This document shows positions 52,301 through 61,033 of a stretch of 64,000 nt of DNA, one piece after another (position 1 is the stretch's first letter; each line of letters opens with the position of its first letter). The position numbers and the translations under genes were made by a program. The stretch spans positions 1,103,662,001-1,103,726,000 of the forward strand of contig NC_091282.1 in NCBI RefSeq assembly GCF_032444005.1. Reading direction: 5' to 3'. The DNA comes from Ranitomeya imitator. Its lineage: Eukaryota. The notes beneath the pieces were generated by a model. The model had not been told where the DNA came from. It saw nothing but the letters and a program-made list of their open reading frames with translations, and searched no databases.

Positions 52301-55300
52301 GTATATCTGTGCGACTGCACCCAAATCAGACGCTGAAGAAAGCTGCACTATACGGAAACATCCCTTTATAGCAGATTCAGTTCAGGCGCATTCAAAATTG
52401 GAAACCACGTTAGTAAAGAAATAGTAAAAACACATACAGGGCGATGCCAAATATAACGTTGTAAAAAGCTGGGTGGCGATACATTGCTAGATCACATGCT
52501 GAACAGAAAAGCCCAGGAACAATTACCTCTGTGACTTTAAGAAACGCAGCACTGTTGCTGACAATATTCTTGTGAGAAAGCATTGCACCTTTTGGGTTTC
52601 CTATTGGGAGAATTAAAAACACATGTATACAGACTTGTAAACAAGTCACTTAAAACAGATGAACAATCTTACAAGTAGTATGCCCCACATTTATTCTGGA
52701 CACGTCATTGTAAAATGCACAAACGCGCGGCCCCATTATACACATCCCAGATAATATTGCACTCGGCTAACCACTAGGACCTCTGCTCCTGGCTCGGTTT
52801 CTCATTTGTTAGAGTAGAGCAGCAGTTTGCATTCCGGAGCTGCTCTTCCCAACGGCATTTGCCCACTGTCTTTTGTGGTGGACTGAAGATCTGCATCTAG
52901 GTTTATAAACATCTTGCTGTTCATAAAATGTTCAGACTTTTGAACATCAGGTTTCTAAAGATGTGAAGAGGGTAAGCGGACCACTCGCCAGTTTATACAA
53001 TAGAAGTCTTATCCAAATAAAAAAGCTCAGGAAAAATCACCTAAAAACCCACACAATACACTTATAGTTTAACAGCGAGCAAAATTTAGAGGATTTTCAC
53101 TACTGTAATGAATATAGTCACCTGTTGTCCCACTTGTGAAGCAGACTACTGCCAGGTCTTCTGGCTTTGGTGGCTGAAAGGTATGGAAATACATTTAAAA
53201 ACAACATATCCCAAACAAAATTGTTTGTTATCCCCACCACCACCACCACCTATCACTCCAGTGCCGGTGTCCTTACAGTACCCCACTACCTCCCTGGTCA
53301 GTCATTGCTGCTTATCGTTCATGTGCAGATACCATCTTTGCTGGTGAAATAATGAGACTAGTGATGAGCGAATATACTCGTTGCTCGTGTTTTCCCGGGC
53401 ACGCTCAGGTGATCTCAAAGTATTTGTTAGTGTTCTGAGATTTTTTTTTTTATTCAGCTGCTTGATTTACAGCTACTAGCCAGCCTGAGTACATGTGGGG
53501 GTTGCCTGGTTGCTAGGGAATCCCCACATGTATTCAAGCTGGCTAATAGCTGTAAATCATAAAGCAGTGGCAAGGAAAACTAAATCTCCGAACACTGACA
53601 AATACTCGGGTTACCCGAGCGTGCTCAGGAAAACCTGAGCAACGAGTATACTCGCTCATCACTAAACGAGACTTTTGGTGGTCTACAGAAGCACTGGTGC
53701 AATAGAACTGTGGTATTTAACAAATGAATATGGGTCATTTCCAGTGATGAGCGAATATACTCGTTACTCGAGATCACCCGAGCACACTAGGGTGACCTCA
53801 GAGTATTTTTTAGTGCTTGGTGATTTAGTTTTCCTCACCTCAGCTGAATGATTTAAATCTTTTAGCCAGCTTTATTACATGTGGGGGTTCCCTAGCAACC
53901 AGGCAACCCCCACATGTACCTATGCTGGCTAACAGATGTAAACCATTCAGCTGCGGCGATGAAAACTAAATCTCCGAGCACTAAAATACGCGGAGGACAC
54001 CCGAGCGTGCTTGGGAAATCTCGAGTAATGAGTATATTCGCTCATCACCAGTCATTTTGTTAGGTTAACATCCACTTTAATAACCATTTTAAGTTACAGA
54101 TTCCTCTTAAAATAATTTAGATCTCAGAATTTTCTTTGGAAACCAATAAATGTTTTTAAACTACAACTAAGGCCACTATTAAGTGACAGACCTGAACAAA
54201 ATCAATAAGTCTCCTGAAATCCCACACCTATGAATGCACCTTAACTCACCTTTGGTCTCTCGTGATGATTCTTTCCTTCTTCCTGGAATAGAGAGAGAAA
54301 AAAAAAAAAAAATATTAACACTACATTAAAAAGGAAGAAAAACCTACAGAACATTAAAACACTGTAAATGTCCTATGCTGGACAAAATATTATCTACGGT
54401 AAATTACTTCATCCCCATACAACTGGGTCAAGATTTAAAAGGGCTTGTCCACTACTAGGACAACCCATTCTTAAACTAAAACGTTCGGCCCCGATAAATT
54501 CAAGCCTATACTCTCCTCCCATGTCGGCGCCATTCCCACGGTTTCAGCGCTCCCTGGGGGCTGTGATGCGGTGTTGTGACGCCGGCGCCCAACCAGCGCT
54601 AGAGTCACTGTCTCCGCCTTCGGACAAAACTGAACATAAAGAAGAAGTCTGGGATCAGCTGCAGCCCTGGCTTCCTCTTCGTGTTCAGTTTGTCCAAAGG
54701 CGCAGACAGTGACGTCAGCACAGATTGGGTGCCAGCGCCACGAGTCAGAACACCGCATCACAACCCTGGGGAGAGCGAGTGCCAACACCGCAGTAAAGGC
54801 GCAGGCATGGGAGGAGAGTATAGGCTTTATGATTTCATTGGGGCTGAACATTTAGTCTAGTAGTGGACAACCCTTTTAAGTAATAGGAGGGTAGAATAGG
54901 GTTGGAAAAACACATTTAAACCATTCCATCCTAAGGCTTTAAAAGCTTCTGTGTAGCCAGTGATCCAAGGAATCATGTTTTTAAGGTGCTTTAGAGTGAG
55001 GATCAATAATGATGGCTAAAAAGGCATGTTAACAGAATAAGCAGGTTAAGGCTACTTTCACACTAGCGTCGGAATTCGGCCCGTCGCATTGCGTCGGGCC
55101 GAGATTACGACGCGAGCGTTGTTAGCGCCGCACAACGGGTGCAGCAAATGCATTTCTCCGGCGCATCCGCTGCCCCATTGTGAGGTGCGGGGAGGTGGGG
55201 GCGGAGCTCCGGCCGCGCATGCGCGATCAGAAAAAGCAGTCCGTCTGGAGCAAAAAAACATTACATTTAACTTTTTTGCTCCCGGCGGTACGCAACACGG

Positions 55301-58300
55301 CGCAACCGTCGCACGACGGTTGCGACGTGTGTCAATACGTCGGTAATGTTACTCTATGGGGCAAAAACGCATCCTGCAAACAACTTTGCAGGATGCGTTT
55401 TCCCCTAAACGACGCATTGCGACGTATTAAAAAAAAAAAAAAAAACGCCTGTGTGAAAGTAGCCTAAGGAGCCACTCCGCTTTAACTAGTTGCCCACTTA
55501 TGAGGAGAGAGACCGGAGGTGAAGTGTTACAAGCGCAGCCATCATTGTGATTGCAGAGCGCCATCAGCATGCTCCTATTATCAAAAGCAAAACTCCATGA
55601 ATAGAAATAAGCGTTATTTAATCATGACTGACCTCCATGTCTCTCAGGCTGACAATCTCAACCCCACACTTCTTGCCTCTCTCCACAAGATCCTCATCAA
55701 AGGGATCCATAAGCACAACTGTACGAAGGCTGGAGGTTTCTCCATTTTCAACGCTCGCAAGTAGTAATTTAGCTTTTTCAGTGTTGTCGCAGAACACCAC
55801 AGAGATCTCCGCTAAAAAAATAAAGTAAAAAAGGTGACTATTAAAACAAGTTCACCACTGTCTCATAGAATAACAATGTTGGTTTTACATTTCTACAAAA
55901 ACCACAGCGATGGCGCAGTTCCCCAAATATTCAATCAAAAGGAAATAAGCAACATGAACTACAAGAAGAGCAGTCACAATAGTAAAATTCATAAATGCTA
56001 CTGCTCTACAGGTAACAAACCTGACAAGCCAGAAATGAGTACCTTTGGTTATAATATAGGTAATGGCTTCAGCGCCGAGGGTGTCGTAGAGCGGCACAGC
56101 CACCATGGAGTAGGTGTAGCAGCACAGTTCTGTGATTATCCACTGTAAACAGAGTTCATACAATGTCGTCACATTAGTCTAAACAATGGCAAGAAATTAC
56201 TTGTAAGACCTTTTATTACGACATCGGTAAGAAACACATTGCACCCTGTATTCAACAATTGCTTATTATACATCAGTGTTTAAATAAAGGGACATATTTA
56301 TACATAAATATTAGGATGGATGCAAGTATAAACCAGATCTATTCATTCCAATATCCAGCGCTGTGTTCTCAGTAACAATCAGTAGAGTGGGAACATTTTA
56401 CCTCTGGTCTGTTTTGTGCAAAAATGCCAATGAACTGTTCAGAACTTGGTTTACATCCCCTGTTCAGCAAGGCAGATCCCAGATACTCTGCCCGGTCAGA
56501 TACCTTTAGAGAAGGAAAATAAAATTAGCATATTTGCCTTCATTTCACGCACATGACCTGAAAAATCCTTCAGCAAGACAGGACCTGCAGCATCTGTACA
56601 AATTTTGTGATGTATAGGTCCTGGTGGCTTCTCCTCCTGCCCTGCACCGATCTGGCTGATCAGTGTTGGCAGGAGAAGAGTGCAGATCTCTCAGTGATGG
56701 GGAAGGACTATCTGCATTTGTTCAAGTTGAGTGTAGGAAGCTGCCTCCAGGCTATGCACAATTTTTAGCAAGATTTTTTTTCTTCTTGCCAAAAAAAAGT
56801 GTCTTGCCACACATGCATGTACTTTACTTGAGCTATATGTCATTCTGTTAACTCTTTAGCCAAAGTGTACCTGTAAAATATAGTGTGTATGAAGAAAGTT
56901 GAGAGGAATAGCCCTCAACCAACAGCTCTCTGAAGCGTATTGGCAAATGAATTGTGTGCAAGCGGTATTATACAACTATTTGTCTCAGTCATAGTTACCT
57001 CTTGATAGGATATCCACTGATAAGGCTGATTAGGCTTCCTATGCCCCAAGCAAGGTCCGTTATCTAGAAAAGATAATGAAAGTCATACTGCAAAGAGGCT
57101 TCAAAATTAAGAAAAAGAAACAAAAACCACAGGATATGGAAATACATTGCTAAATGCAAATGCAGAAAAGAACAGTATGAAGAGGAGGTGGTGGAGGGTA
57201 ATAGGTAAGCAACGATGAGAAAAAAAATTACGGAGCAGATCAGTTCTCCCCTATAAAGGCCAGGCAGTCATCTGACATTTTGAATTCCATACAATAAAAC
57301 CAGGTTTTTGTAACCAATCATATGAGTTATTAATCGTAGAAGCGAGTTCTTCCATCACCACCTCATTTACTTAGGTAAACCAGAAGGAGATTGTTTGAAC
57401 AGTATCTTTCTTCCAAAGCAGGGGAATGCATGCTTGTCACAACTGTTGTCTGGTATCCCAGGACCAGGGGCTCCTTCCCTGTCTCTAACCATAGGGGCGC
57501 CCTAGCTTGCCCTGTTCCCTGGATTACATCTGATTGTGAAGATACCAGGGCCACATGCCTTGATTTAGCTCCTGAATCGGATCGGCCCTCCATCTGTACA
57601 CCTCTCCCACCCAGGGAGGAGGGGAGTAGTAGTGTACCTTAATACACCCACCAGACTAACAAGTTAATACGAAGAGCGGTAAAGAAAAAAAAAAAATCAT
57701 ACAAATATACTCACAAACAGGTGTACACGGGGAAGTGGAGGAAAGGGGGGAGTGGAGGAAAGGGGGGAATGGAGGAAAGGGGGGAGTGGAGGAAAGGGGG
57801 GAGTGGAGGAAAGGGGGCGTGGGGGTGGTGGGGCGCGGGAGAAGCCAAGTTGGAGAAGGAGGGTATTAGAACACTGAAACCCTCAGTCTCTGATAAATCC
57901 AGCATGAGTATGAGAAATGAGACACTGCAGTCTTCTGGCTCCTCTGTCACGGTAAACCTATCACAATGTTATGGCGGTCGCTACTAGATGTCTACATATC
58001 TAATGCCTGTTGCTTTTTAAAGTGAATGTCCCAAATGCCATCTTAAACGCAGACGATATCATTAGGACCTTACAAGTTTGGTCCCTTTAGCACACCAAAA
58101 TGACGAATGTAATACTACTGCACACATGCGACCACCATTCACATTGACATTGGATGGTGTGGTGAGCATGAATATTCTATACTGCGCCATTGACACAAAA
58201 AGGACTTAAAAAGGAGATATCCGGGACTTTACAAAAGAAAAAAGAAAATGTATCTGAGGACTAACAGGCAGGTAATTGCTGCTCACCTGTCTGTTGTGTC

Positions 58301-59018
58301 CGACGCAATTCTTCCCTGGCACAGTGTGGTCACAGACCACGCCTGCCAGGGATTCAGCCGCCTCTGCTAAAGTCACATCTACAGAGTGAAACCTTCCTCT
58401 CCGGTCCACTCTGTCGATGGGGTGGGACTTCTGAGGTTGTTCTGATTGACCGCTGGATCCCCGCTGACTAACTGGGGGAGCCAGCTGTCAATCAGAAAGA
58501 CCTCAGAAGTCCCACCAAGTCGTGTCAGCAAAGGGAGCTTAATCCCCAGCAGGAGCAGTCACAAACCGCACTGTGCTGGGGGGGTAAGAACAGCGCCGTG
58601 CACAACAAGCAGGTAAGTTGCAATTACCTGCCCATTAGTGCTTAGGCATATTTTTTGTGTAAAGTCCCGGATACACCCTTTAACCAATACACTCGTGGGC
58701 AGAAGACTCCAATGATCATACATCACCTATACAGTGGATAGAGGATAAAAGGCTTTTGACATTTTCTATAATGACATAGTAAATCCATTTATTTGCTTCT
58801 CGAAATTTTGGTAGTCTTAAAGTGAACCGGTCACCAGGTTTGGCCGATACAAGTTACGGCCATCCCCTTTCAGGGCTTACATACAGCATTCTATAATACT
58901 TACTTGATACTCGCAGTCCTCTTTGAAACACTTCATATACTGTTCTGCAGTCATCATAGTAGTAAGAGACGATCTCATCACTGTCCAGCAGAGTGGATCT
59001 ACGAGCAGGTTCTTGTCC
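15450..59018 (-). CDS. ACSL1: Long-chain-fatty-acid-CoA ligase 1, partial multi-exon gene (19 coding exons incl. one alternative pair; first and last coding exons outside window)
   Basis: Spliced translation contains the AMP-binding motif [61 protein letters not shown] and the FACS signature [25 protein letters not shown]. Exon sizes 115,65,102,100,179,33,52,74,78/78,135,135,96,73,89,117,144,102,72 keep frame and all introns are GT-AG. Sequence resembles ACSL1 more than ACSL5/6 as I recall them. Confidence 0.93.
15998..16099 (-). CDS. ACSL1: ACSL1 exon (102 nt) [34 protein letters not shown]
   Basis: ctccag|GCTTTC ... AATAAG|gtaagt. Confidence 0.96.
16182..16325 (-). CDS. ACSL1: ACSL1 exon (144 nt) [48 protein letters not shown]
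   Basis: ttttag|AATGGT ... TTGCAG|gtaact. Confidence 0.97.
16593..17077. mobile_element. TTAA-flanked T2/Kolobok-like MITE, diverged
   Basis: TTAA flanks, imperfect TIRs, internal inverted CTGGAGTGGCGCT/AGCGCCACTCCAG. Confidence 0.6.
16766..16856. mobile_element. 91-bp hAT micro-MITE
   Basis: CAGGGCTGTGGAGT ... ACTCCACAGCCTTG; perfect 8-bp TSD AATGCAAG. Confidence 0.85.
17375..18650 (-). mobile_element. L1 3' remnant (ORF2 C-terminus, 3' UTR, poly(A))
   Basis: T-run at 17375-17401. Minus strand encodes [21 protein letters not shown] and a C-terminal knuckle [20 protein letters not shown]; frameshifted. Confidence 0.8.
21633..25307 (+). mobile_element. CR1 LINE, 5'-truncated in ORF1 (SGNH-esterase domain), ORF2 broken by stops and frameshifts
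   Basis: [12 protein letters not shown]-type and DGLHLN esterase motifs; CMYTNARSL endonuclease; FADDTKL RT; (TAACTATG)n 3' tail. Confidence 0.95.
22247..25091 (+). pseudogene. CR1 ORF2 endonuclease/reverse transcriptase pseudogene
   Basis: Consecutive ORF fragments 22247..22927, 22917..23354, 23323..23910, 23947..24162, 24180..24455, 24498..25091. Confidence 0.92.
26428..26476 (+). mobile_element. Short LINE/SINE 3' tail (L2-like) ending in (ATT)n
   Basis: TGCGCTGCGGAATATGTTAGCGCTATATAAAAA...TATTATTATT. Confidence 0.5.
26490..27300 (-). mobile_element. Old Tc1 transposase remnant
   Basis: Minus strand reads [38 protein letters not shown]...[17 protein letters not shown], a decayed WPPxSPDLNPIEHLWD motif. 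Confidence 0.7.
27384..27500 (-). CDS. ACSL1: ACSL1 exon (117 nt) [39 protein letters not shown]
   Basis: cattag|GTTTGT ... TTGCCT|gtaagt. Confidence 0.97.
27581..27669 (-). CDS. ACSL1: ACSL1 exon (89 nt) [30 protein letters not shown]
   Basis: atccag|GTCACG ... GGTGAG|gtaagt. Confidence 0.96.
28037..29236. mobile_element. Tc1/mariner-superfamily (Tc2/pogo-like) MITE, right end lost in the gap
   Basis: TA|CCGTATATACT(A)GAG...AAGCCG terminus; CTCGAGTATAAGCCG subterminal motif; internal ~40-bp minisatellite at 28260-28645. Confidence 0.65.
29237..29379. other. Assembly gap
   Basis: N run. Confidence 1.
29744..29816 (-). CDS. ACSL1: ACSL1 exon (73 nt) [24 protein letters not shown]
   Basis: tatcag|TTCTAT ... 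CAGCAG|gtaggc; GYGQTE motif. Confidence 0.96.
30400..31020. mobile_element. Partial MITE with ~24-bp tandem repeat and internal hairpin
   Basis: ACAGCCCACGCAGTATATA repeats; inverted GCTGCTGCCGCCAGCTTCCGTTCCCAGAGATGC arms. Confidence 0.5.
31646..32130. mobile_element. Penelope-type short retroelement with 152-bp inverted arms
   Basis: 11-bp TSD TTCTTCATCAG (31635-45, 32131-41); arms 31741-31892 and 31978-32129; hammerhead in the centre. Confidence 0.75.
31944..31986 (+). ncRNA. Minimal type I hammerhead ribozyme motif
   Basis: TTCGCA-CTGACGA-GGGC caaca GCCT-GAAA-C act G-TC-TGCGAA: stem I, CUGANGA, stem II, GAAA, 2-bp stem III, GUC cleavage triplet (cut after 31980). Confidence 0.75.
34155..34523. 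mobile_element. Harbinger-type MITE
   Basis: GGCTAAGTGCACACG ... CGTGTGAACACAGCC; TCA TSD. Confidence 0.8.
35070..35111. repeat. (CA)n microsatellite
   Basis: Direct reading. Confidence 0.95.
35112..36666 (-). mobile_element. Tc1 transposon, transposase disrupted, other end in the gap
   Basis: CAGTACAGACCAAAAGTTTGGAC terminus; [41 protein letters not shown]; long inverted repeats at ~35230-35400 and ~36470-36640. Confidence 0.93.
36667..36831. other. Assembly gap
   Basis: N run. Confidence 1.
36832..37296. mobile_element. MITE right end (…GAATCGGGCTGCCATCTAG), left end in the gap
   Basis: Terminal hairpin CCCGATTCTTTAGAATCGGG; followed by a (TA)n tract. Confidence 0.5.
37383..37478 (-). 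CDS. ACSL1: ACSL1 exon (96 nt) [32 protein letters not shown]
   Basis: ttctag|GACAGC ... TGTCAG|gtgggt. Confidence 0.96.
37755..39027. mobile_element. piggyBac-like TTAA non-autonomous element, full length
   Basis: TTAA|CCCCTT...AAGGGG|TTAA; many short internal hairpins in the right third. Confidence 0.85.
40090..40224 (-). CDS. ACSL1: ACSL1 exon (135 nt) [45 protein letters not shown]
   Basis: attcag|ATTTTC ... GTTCAG|gtaggg. Confidence 0.97.
40308..40442 (-). CDS. ACSL1: ACSL1 exon (135 nt) [45 protein letters not shown]
   Basis: ttttag|TGTGTG ... GACCGG|gtgact. Confidence 0.97.
41461..45787 (+). mobile_element. Young 5'-truncated L1 LINE
   Basis: TSD A12GTTA (41445-41460 / 45788-45803), TT|AAAA target, AATAAA at 45763, poly(A). 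Confidence 0.95.
41734..45564 (+). CDS. L1 ORF2p (APE endonuclease, reverse transcriptase, C-terminal CCHC), intact 1276 aa
   Basis: [27 protein letters not shown]; PGPDG, YRPISL, QGCPLSP, FADD; CFRGC...HIWWLC. Confidence 0.97.
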   Translation: MPLTILSHNVRGLNSPHKRTKAFRYYRSQQADVVCLQETHFSTSSYPKFMSTSYPLFYMANAPNKTKGVAVCFKKSVPFVFKSSVADKEGRYIMVTGLISDELVTLVSYYAPNSHQAAFFSQLLELVSEHAQGTTILCGDSNCILKASLDKSSSPHSSNPPQPYPSADSTALNKILAQHHWVDLWREIHPSNRDYTYFSARHLVHTRIDHIFANPSFLPNISNISILSTPWSDHSPNLLTCSTLHPRPRSFNWALNDSLLSYPDISQRLKNHIDDYFSLNQHSATSPISLWEAHKAVLRGLCIQEASRKKKDRNARIAELEGRVSALESQMKSTPSPTTYRDLLHARTELDLSLTEIADRAIRWSQQRFYALNNKNNSNLARRLKCLPLPRPPIRIRTPAGITSNPQQISHFFQQKLRQLYKAPITSNSETIETFLDSIPLPALSSDLIELLNQAVTPSEIELAIQHLKTNKKPGPDGFTALYYKKYAPILIPHLTNYFNSLREGNKPGAASLIAAISMIPKPNTDHLLWSNYRPISLINIDLKILAKILSQRLNSGLGTLIHKDQVGFVPRRQASDNIRRVSHLLHLCKHRDIPSMLLSLDFKKAFDSISWPYLFAVLRRWKFPDHFLSWIYALYSSPSAYVRYNGFSSTYFPISRGTRQGCPLSPLLFLLALEPLAIHMRLNSEVQGVEVASVSHKLLLFADDMLLLLSSPKTSLPALLHTLESFETISGLHLNTSKSYAMNISLSRPTVSLLQHNFPFQWATDHLDYLGIKLTANLDSLYAANYPPMLRKLRLLLQSWEKLHLSWLGRVRALKMTILPKLLYLFRVLPIPIPSHFLKMAQRSIDTFVWRGGIPRVNKATLYRHRLKGGLGVPNLLKYYRAAQLGQLTLYHAYNEPPLWLSLEAFEMQPSTLDTVLWILPTQRKHISNPIIKHSLTIWDTLKYSSQLISPFLPLAPIWGNTLFPPGVGSIKSFYRWVEAGITRVHQLFNIDGIIPFAALQEKYHFPSGEIFRYLQLKNFANSLLKNSTPPYSMTPFEQKCRQNPHASGIISLLYSYINAPSHRHCLKYTVRWESDIGSTLTDSEWSQIWSSSTGGMLNTLMLETNYKVLTRWYLTPARVAKAVANHSPNCFRGCNSTGDMFHIWWLCPIVRRFWIRIYHLVFSIANINLKKNPWEALLNKRIPNIPNHTRSLISFIFLAAKQIIALAWKKPNLDFSAVKTRLTWYMINEKLSAILMDKVGKFEKIWLPWAEYTNHTPFATPVLYPTNYIQSDSE
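46499..46832. mobile_element. Truncated Harbinger-type MITE, inverted relative to 51535-52002
   Basis: Ends CGCTGGTGTGACACCGGCC; its reverse complement aligns with 51535 onward. Confidence 0.7.
48111..48188 (-). CDS. ACSL1: ACSL1 alternative gate exon, Y-gate (78 nt) [26 protein letters not shown]
   Basis: ttccag|AGCTTG ... GTACAG|gtaaga; gate motif D-x4-YLPLAHMFE. Confidence 0.93.
48247..48324 (-). CDS. ACSL1: ACSL1 alternative gate exon, F-gate (78 nt) [26 protein letters not shown]
   Basis: gtccag|GAGTTG ... GTGGAG|gtaggc; gate motif D-x4-FLPLAHMFE. Confidence 0.93.
48540..49085. mobile_element. T2/Kolobok-like palindromic MITE
   Basis: TTAA|AGGGAAGCCGTCACC ... GTGACAGATTCCCT|TTCA; long internal inverted repeats. 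Confidence 0.75.
50005..51269. mobile_element. piggyBac-like TTAA element, same family and orientation as 37755-39027
   Basis: TTAA TSD; colinear similarity. Confidence 0.85.
51535..52002. mobile_element. Harbinger-type MITE
   Basis: GGCCGGCGTCACACTGGCG ... CGCCAGTGTGACGCCGGCC; TTA TSD. Confidence 0.88.
52527..52600 (-). CDS. ACSL1: ACSL1 exon (74 nt) [24 protein letters not shown]
   Basis: caatag|GAAACC ... ACAGAG|gtaatt. Confidence 0.96.
53122..53173 (-). CDS. ACSL1: ACSL1 exon (52 nt) [19 protein letters not shown]-loop
   Basis: tttcag|CCACCA ... CAACAG|gtgact. Confidence 0.96.
53359..53664. mobile_element. hAT-type MITE
   Basis: TAGTGATGAGCGA TIR; 8-bp TSD aatgagac/aacgagac. Confidence 0.85.
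53742..54050. mobile_element. hAT-type MITE, same family, opposite orientation
   Basis: CAGTGATGAGCGAATATACTC TIR; TSD gtcatttc/gtcatttt. Confidence 0.85.
54250..54282 (-). CDS. ACSL1: ACSL1 microexon (33 nt) [11 protein letters not shown]
   Basis: Long pyrimidine tract then ttccag|GAAGAA ... CCAAAG|gtgagt; occupies the position of the 11-aa exon of ACSL1. Confidence 0.88.
54439..54875. mobile_element. T2/Kolobok-like MITE
   Basis: TTAA|AAGGGCTTGTCCACTACTAG ... CTAGTAGTGGACAACCCTT|TTAA. Confidence 0.8.
55050..55464. mobile_element. Harbinger-type MITE
   Basis: GGCTACTTTCACAC ... GTGTGAAAGTAGCC; TAA TSD. Confidence 0.88.
55633..55811 (-). CDS. ACSL1: ACSL1 exon (179 nt) [60 protein letters not shown]
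   Basis: ttttag|CGGAGA ... ATGGAG|gtcagt. Confidence 0.95.
56043..56142 (-). CDS. ACSL1: ACSL1 exon (100 nt) [33 protein letters not shown]
   Basis: ttacag|TGGATA ... CCAAAG|gtactc; lies within ORF 55885..56172. Confidence 0.95.
56402..56503 (-). CDS. ACSL1: ACSL1 exon (102 nt) [34 protein letters not shown]
   Basis: ctaaag|GTATCT ... CCAGAG|gtaaaa. Confidence 0.93.
56999..57063 (-). CDS. ACSL1: ACSL1 exon (65 nt) [22 protein letters not shown]
   Basis: ttctag|ATAACG ... CAAGAG|gtaact. Confidence 0.93.
57730..57820. repeat. 17-bp purine-rich tandem repeat (AGTGGAGGAAAGGGGGG)x~5
   Basis: Direct reading. Confidence 0.9.
58210..58679. mobile_element. T2/Kolobok-like palindromic MITE
   Basis: TATCCGGGACTTTAC / GTAAAGTCCCGGATA termini with TTAA flanks; central hairpin. 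Confidence 0.7.
58904..59018 (-). CDS. ACSL1: ACSL1 exon (115 nt) [38 protein letters not shown]
   Basis: cccag|GGACAA ... GTATCAA|gtaagt; translation matches the ACSL1 N-terminal region. Confidence 0.92.
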
Positions 59019-59596
59019 CTGGGTTTAAAAAAAAAAAAAAGTGACTGACCACTTCAATAATGACCTGGACTGGAGAGAGATCGCTACTCAGACCAACATG
59101 AATTACAGGTGCTTCTCACAAAACCAGAATATCAAAAAATTAATTTCAGTTCTTCAATACAAAAAGGAAAACTTAGTCATTACAAACAGTGATCTATTTC
59201 AAGTGTTTATTTCTGTTAATGTTGACGATTGTGGCTTACAGCCAGTTTAAACCCCAAAAGTTATTATCTCAGTAAACTAAAATAATTTAAAAAAGCCTTC
59301 CCAAGCGTTTAAAAATGTCCTCTAGTCTGTTTAGTAGGCTCCACAATCATGGGGAGGACTGCCGACTTTACAGCTGTCCAGAAGGCAGTCATTGACACTC
59401 CACAAGCAGGGCTGTTGAGTCGTGGAGTTGGAGTTAGTGTACCGACTCCAGCTTTAAAAAAAAAAAAAAAAAAGTATTAATATTTCATAATTGAACTTTC
59501 ATATGAATTTTATAAATGTTACTCAAATATATATGTTCTATCAAACTATGAACAACAGTGATAATCAGTTCTGCTGGAGATGGAGACATTTCTTAA

Positions 59597-60041
59597 AGGT
59601 ACCGTCACACTCAGCAACTTTGCAAAGAGAACGACAACAATCCGTGACGTTGCAGCGTCCTGGATAGCGATCTCGTTGTGTTTGACACGCAGCAGCGATC
59701 TGGATCCCGCTGTGCCATCGCTGGTCGGAGCTAGAAGTCCAGAACTTTATTTCGTCGCCAGGTCGGCGTGTATCGTCATGTTTCACATCAAAAGCAACGA
59801 CGCCAGCAACGAGCATAGGGCCCCTAGATGTGTGTCGGATCGGTACACTCCGGCTGTTTGACATGGAGCTAACAACCAGCGAGAGCGAGAACGAGAAGTG
59901 AGTCGCCGTTGCGTCACTGGATCGCTCCTGCATTGTTCTGGAGTTGCTGTGTTTGACGTCTCTACAGCGACACTCCAGCAATCTAGTTTAGGTCGGCTTG
60001 TTGTCTATATCGCTGCAGCATCGCTGAGTGTCACGGTACCT
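59597..60041. mobile_element. Harbinger-type MITE related to 1049-1769
   Basis: AGGTACCGTCACACTCAGC ... GCTGAGTGTCACGGTACCT; TWA flanks. Confidence 0.82.
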
Positions 60042-61033
60042 TTACTTCTTGTGTGTCACTGTTCTCCACTGCCCTTATCTAATCTTACACTTGGTTAACC
60101 TCATGCTGCCCCAACCCCCCTACTTAGAATGTATGAAACAAAGTGAAAATGTGTTGCAAATTCTTAGTAGTAAAGCTCCTCCTCTAGACTAGATGTATGG
60201 TGTGCGTCTTCCAAGCATCTCACAGCTGCTACTCAGAAGAGGAAGACTAAGAAGTATTATCCTTTCAACAAACTTTGCATCAGTTAACTGTGAGTACATG
60301 AGGAACAACAGTATTAGTGACCACTATATCAGTTGTACGACCTGGCAATAATTTTGTACAATTGGTTTTAGGAAAAAACAATTGTCATTTGGATTGTGAA
60401 TGCAGAATTAAAAACCTGAGAATGTCAAAGAAGCGTCACATTAAATCAGCTGAATTTGAACATTTCACCATCACTCAAGATAGAAAACATTATGTCTGTC
60501 AGTGTATGACAAATGATCCAGACGAAAACAAATGCTGTGAAGCCAAGATCAGTGCATATTCAGGCAAAGATAAAAATGCTCCTACCAGAGCTTCTAATCT
60601 AAAGAGACATTTACAGCGCTTTCATCCAGTACTGAAAGCAGTGGATGAGAAAGACTGCATCCAAACCAATGAACCAGTGCCCAGCTCTTCCAGCCAAACA
60701 AAGGAGCAGAGAACTTTGCAGCCATGAGTTGCAAGATATTTTGTCAGTGACAAAGTTACTGTGACAATGACAGTAGATACATTTAAAAAACAGACCATAT
60801 AGCTTGTTGTAAAGGATAGTGTGCCTATTTCATTATCTTCACGACCAGCTTTTATGTGTCCGAATGGGGGAAGGAAGGAAGAAAGGAAGAAATTAAACAC
60901 AAAAAAAAAAAAAAAAAAACTCTCAAGGGACGCTTTCTGTTTCTTAAAATGGATGCCTGCACACATCACAGAGTGAACTATTTTGCCATCAATGTCCGAT
61001 TTGTTTGTGACAAAAATGAAATACCAAGACATT

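Noticed and set aside
55885-56172. ORF-track proteins extending beyond ACSL1 exons (also 15872..16162, 16062..16280, 40009..40260)
   Set aside because: Homology stops at canonical splice sites; the extensions are intronic.
57360-57960. Possible solo LTR (TGTCACGG at ~57945)
   Set aside because: Could not find paired TG..CA ends, a TSD or a PBS/PPT.
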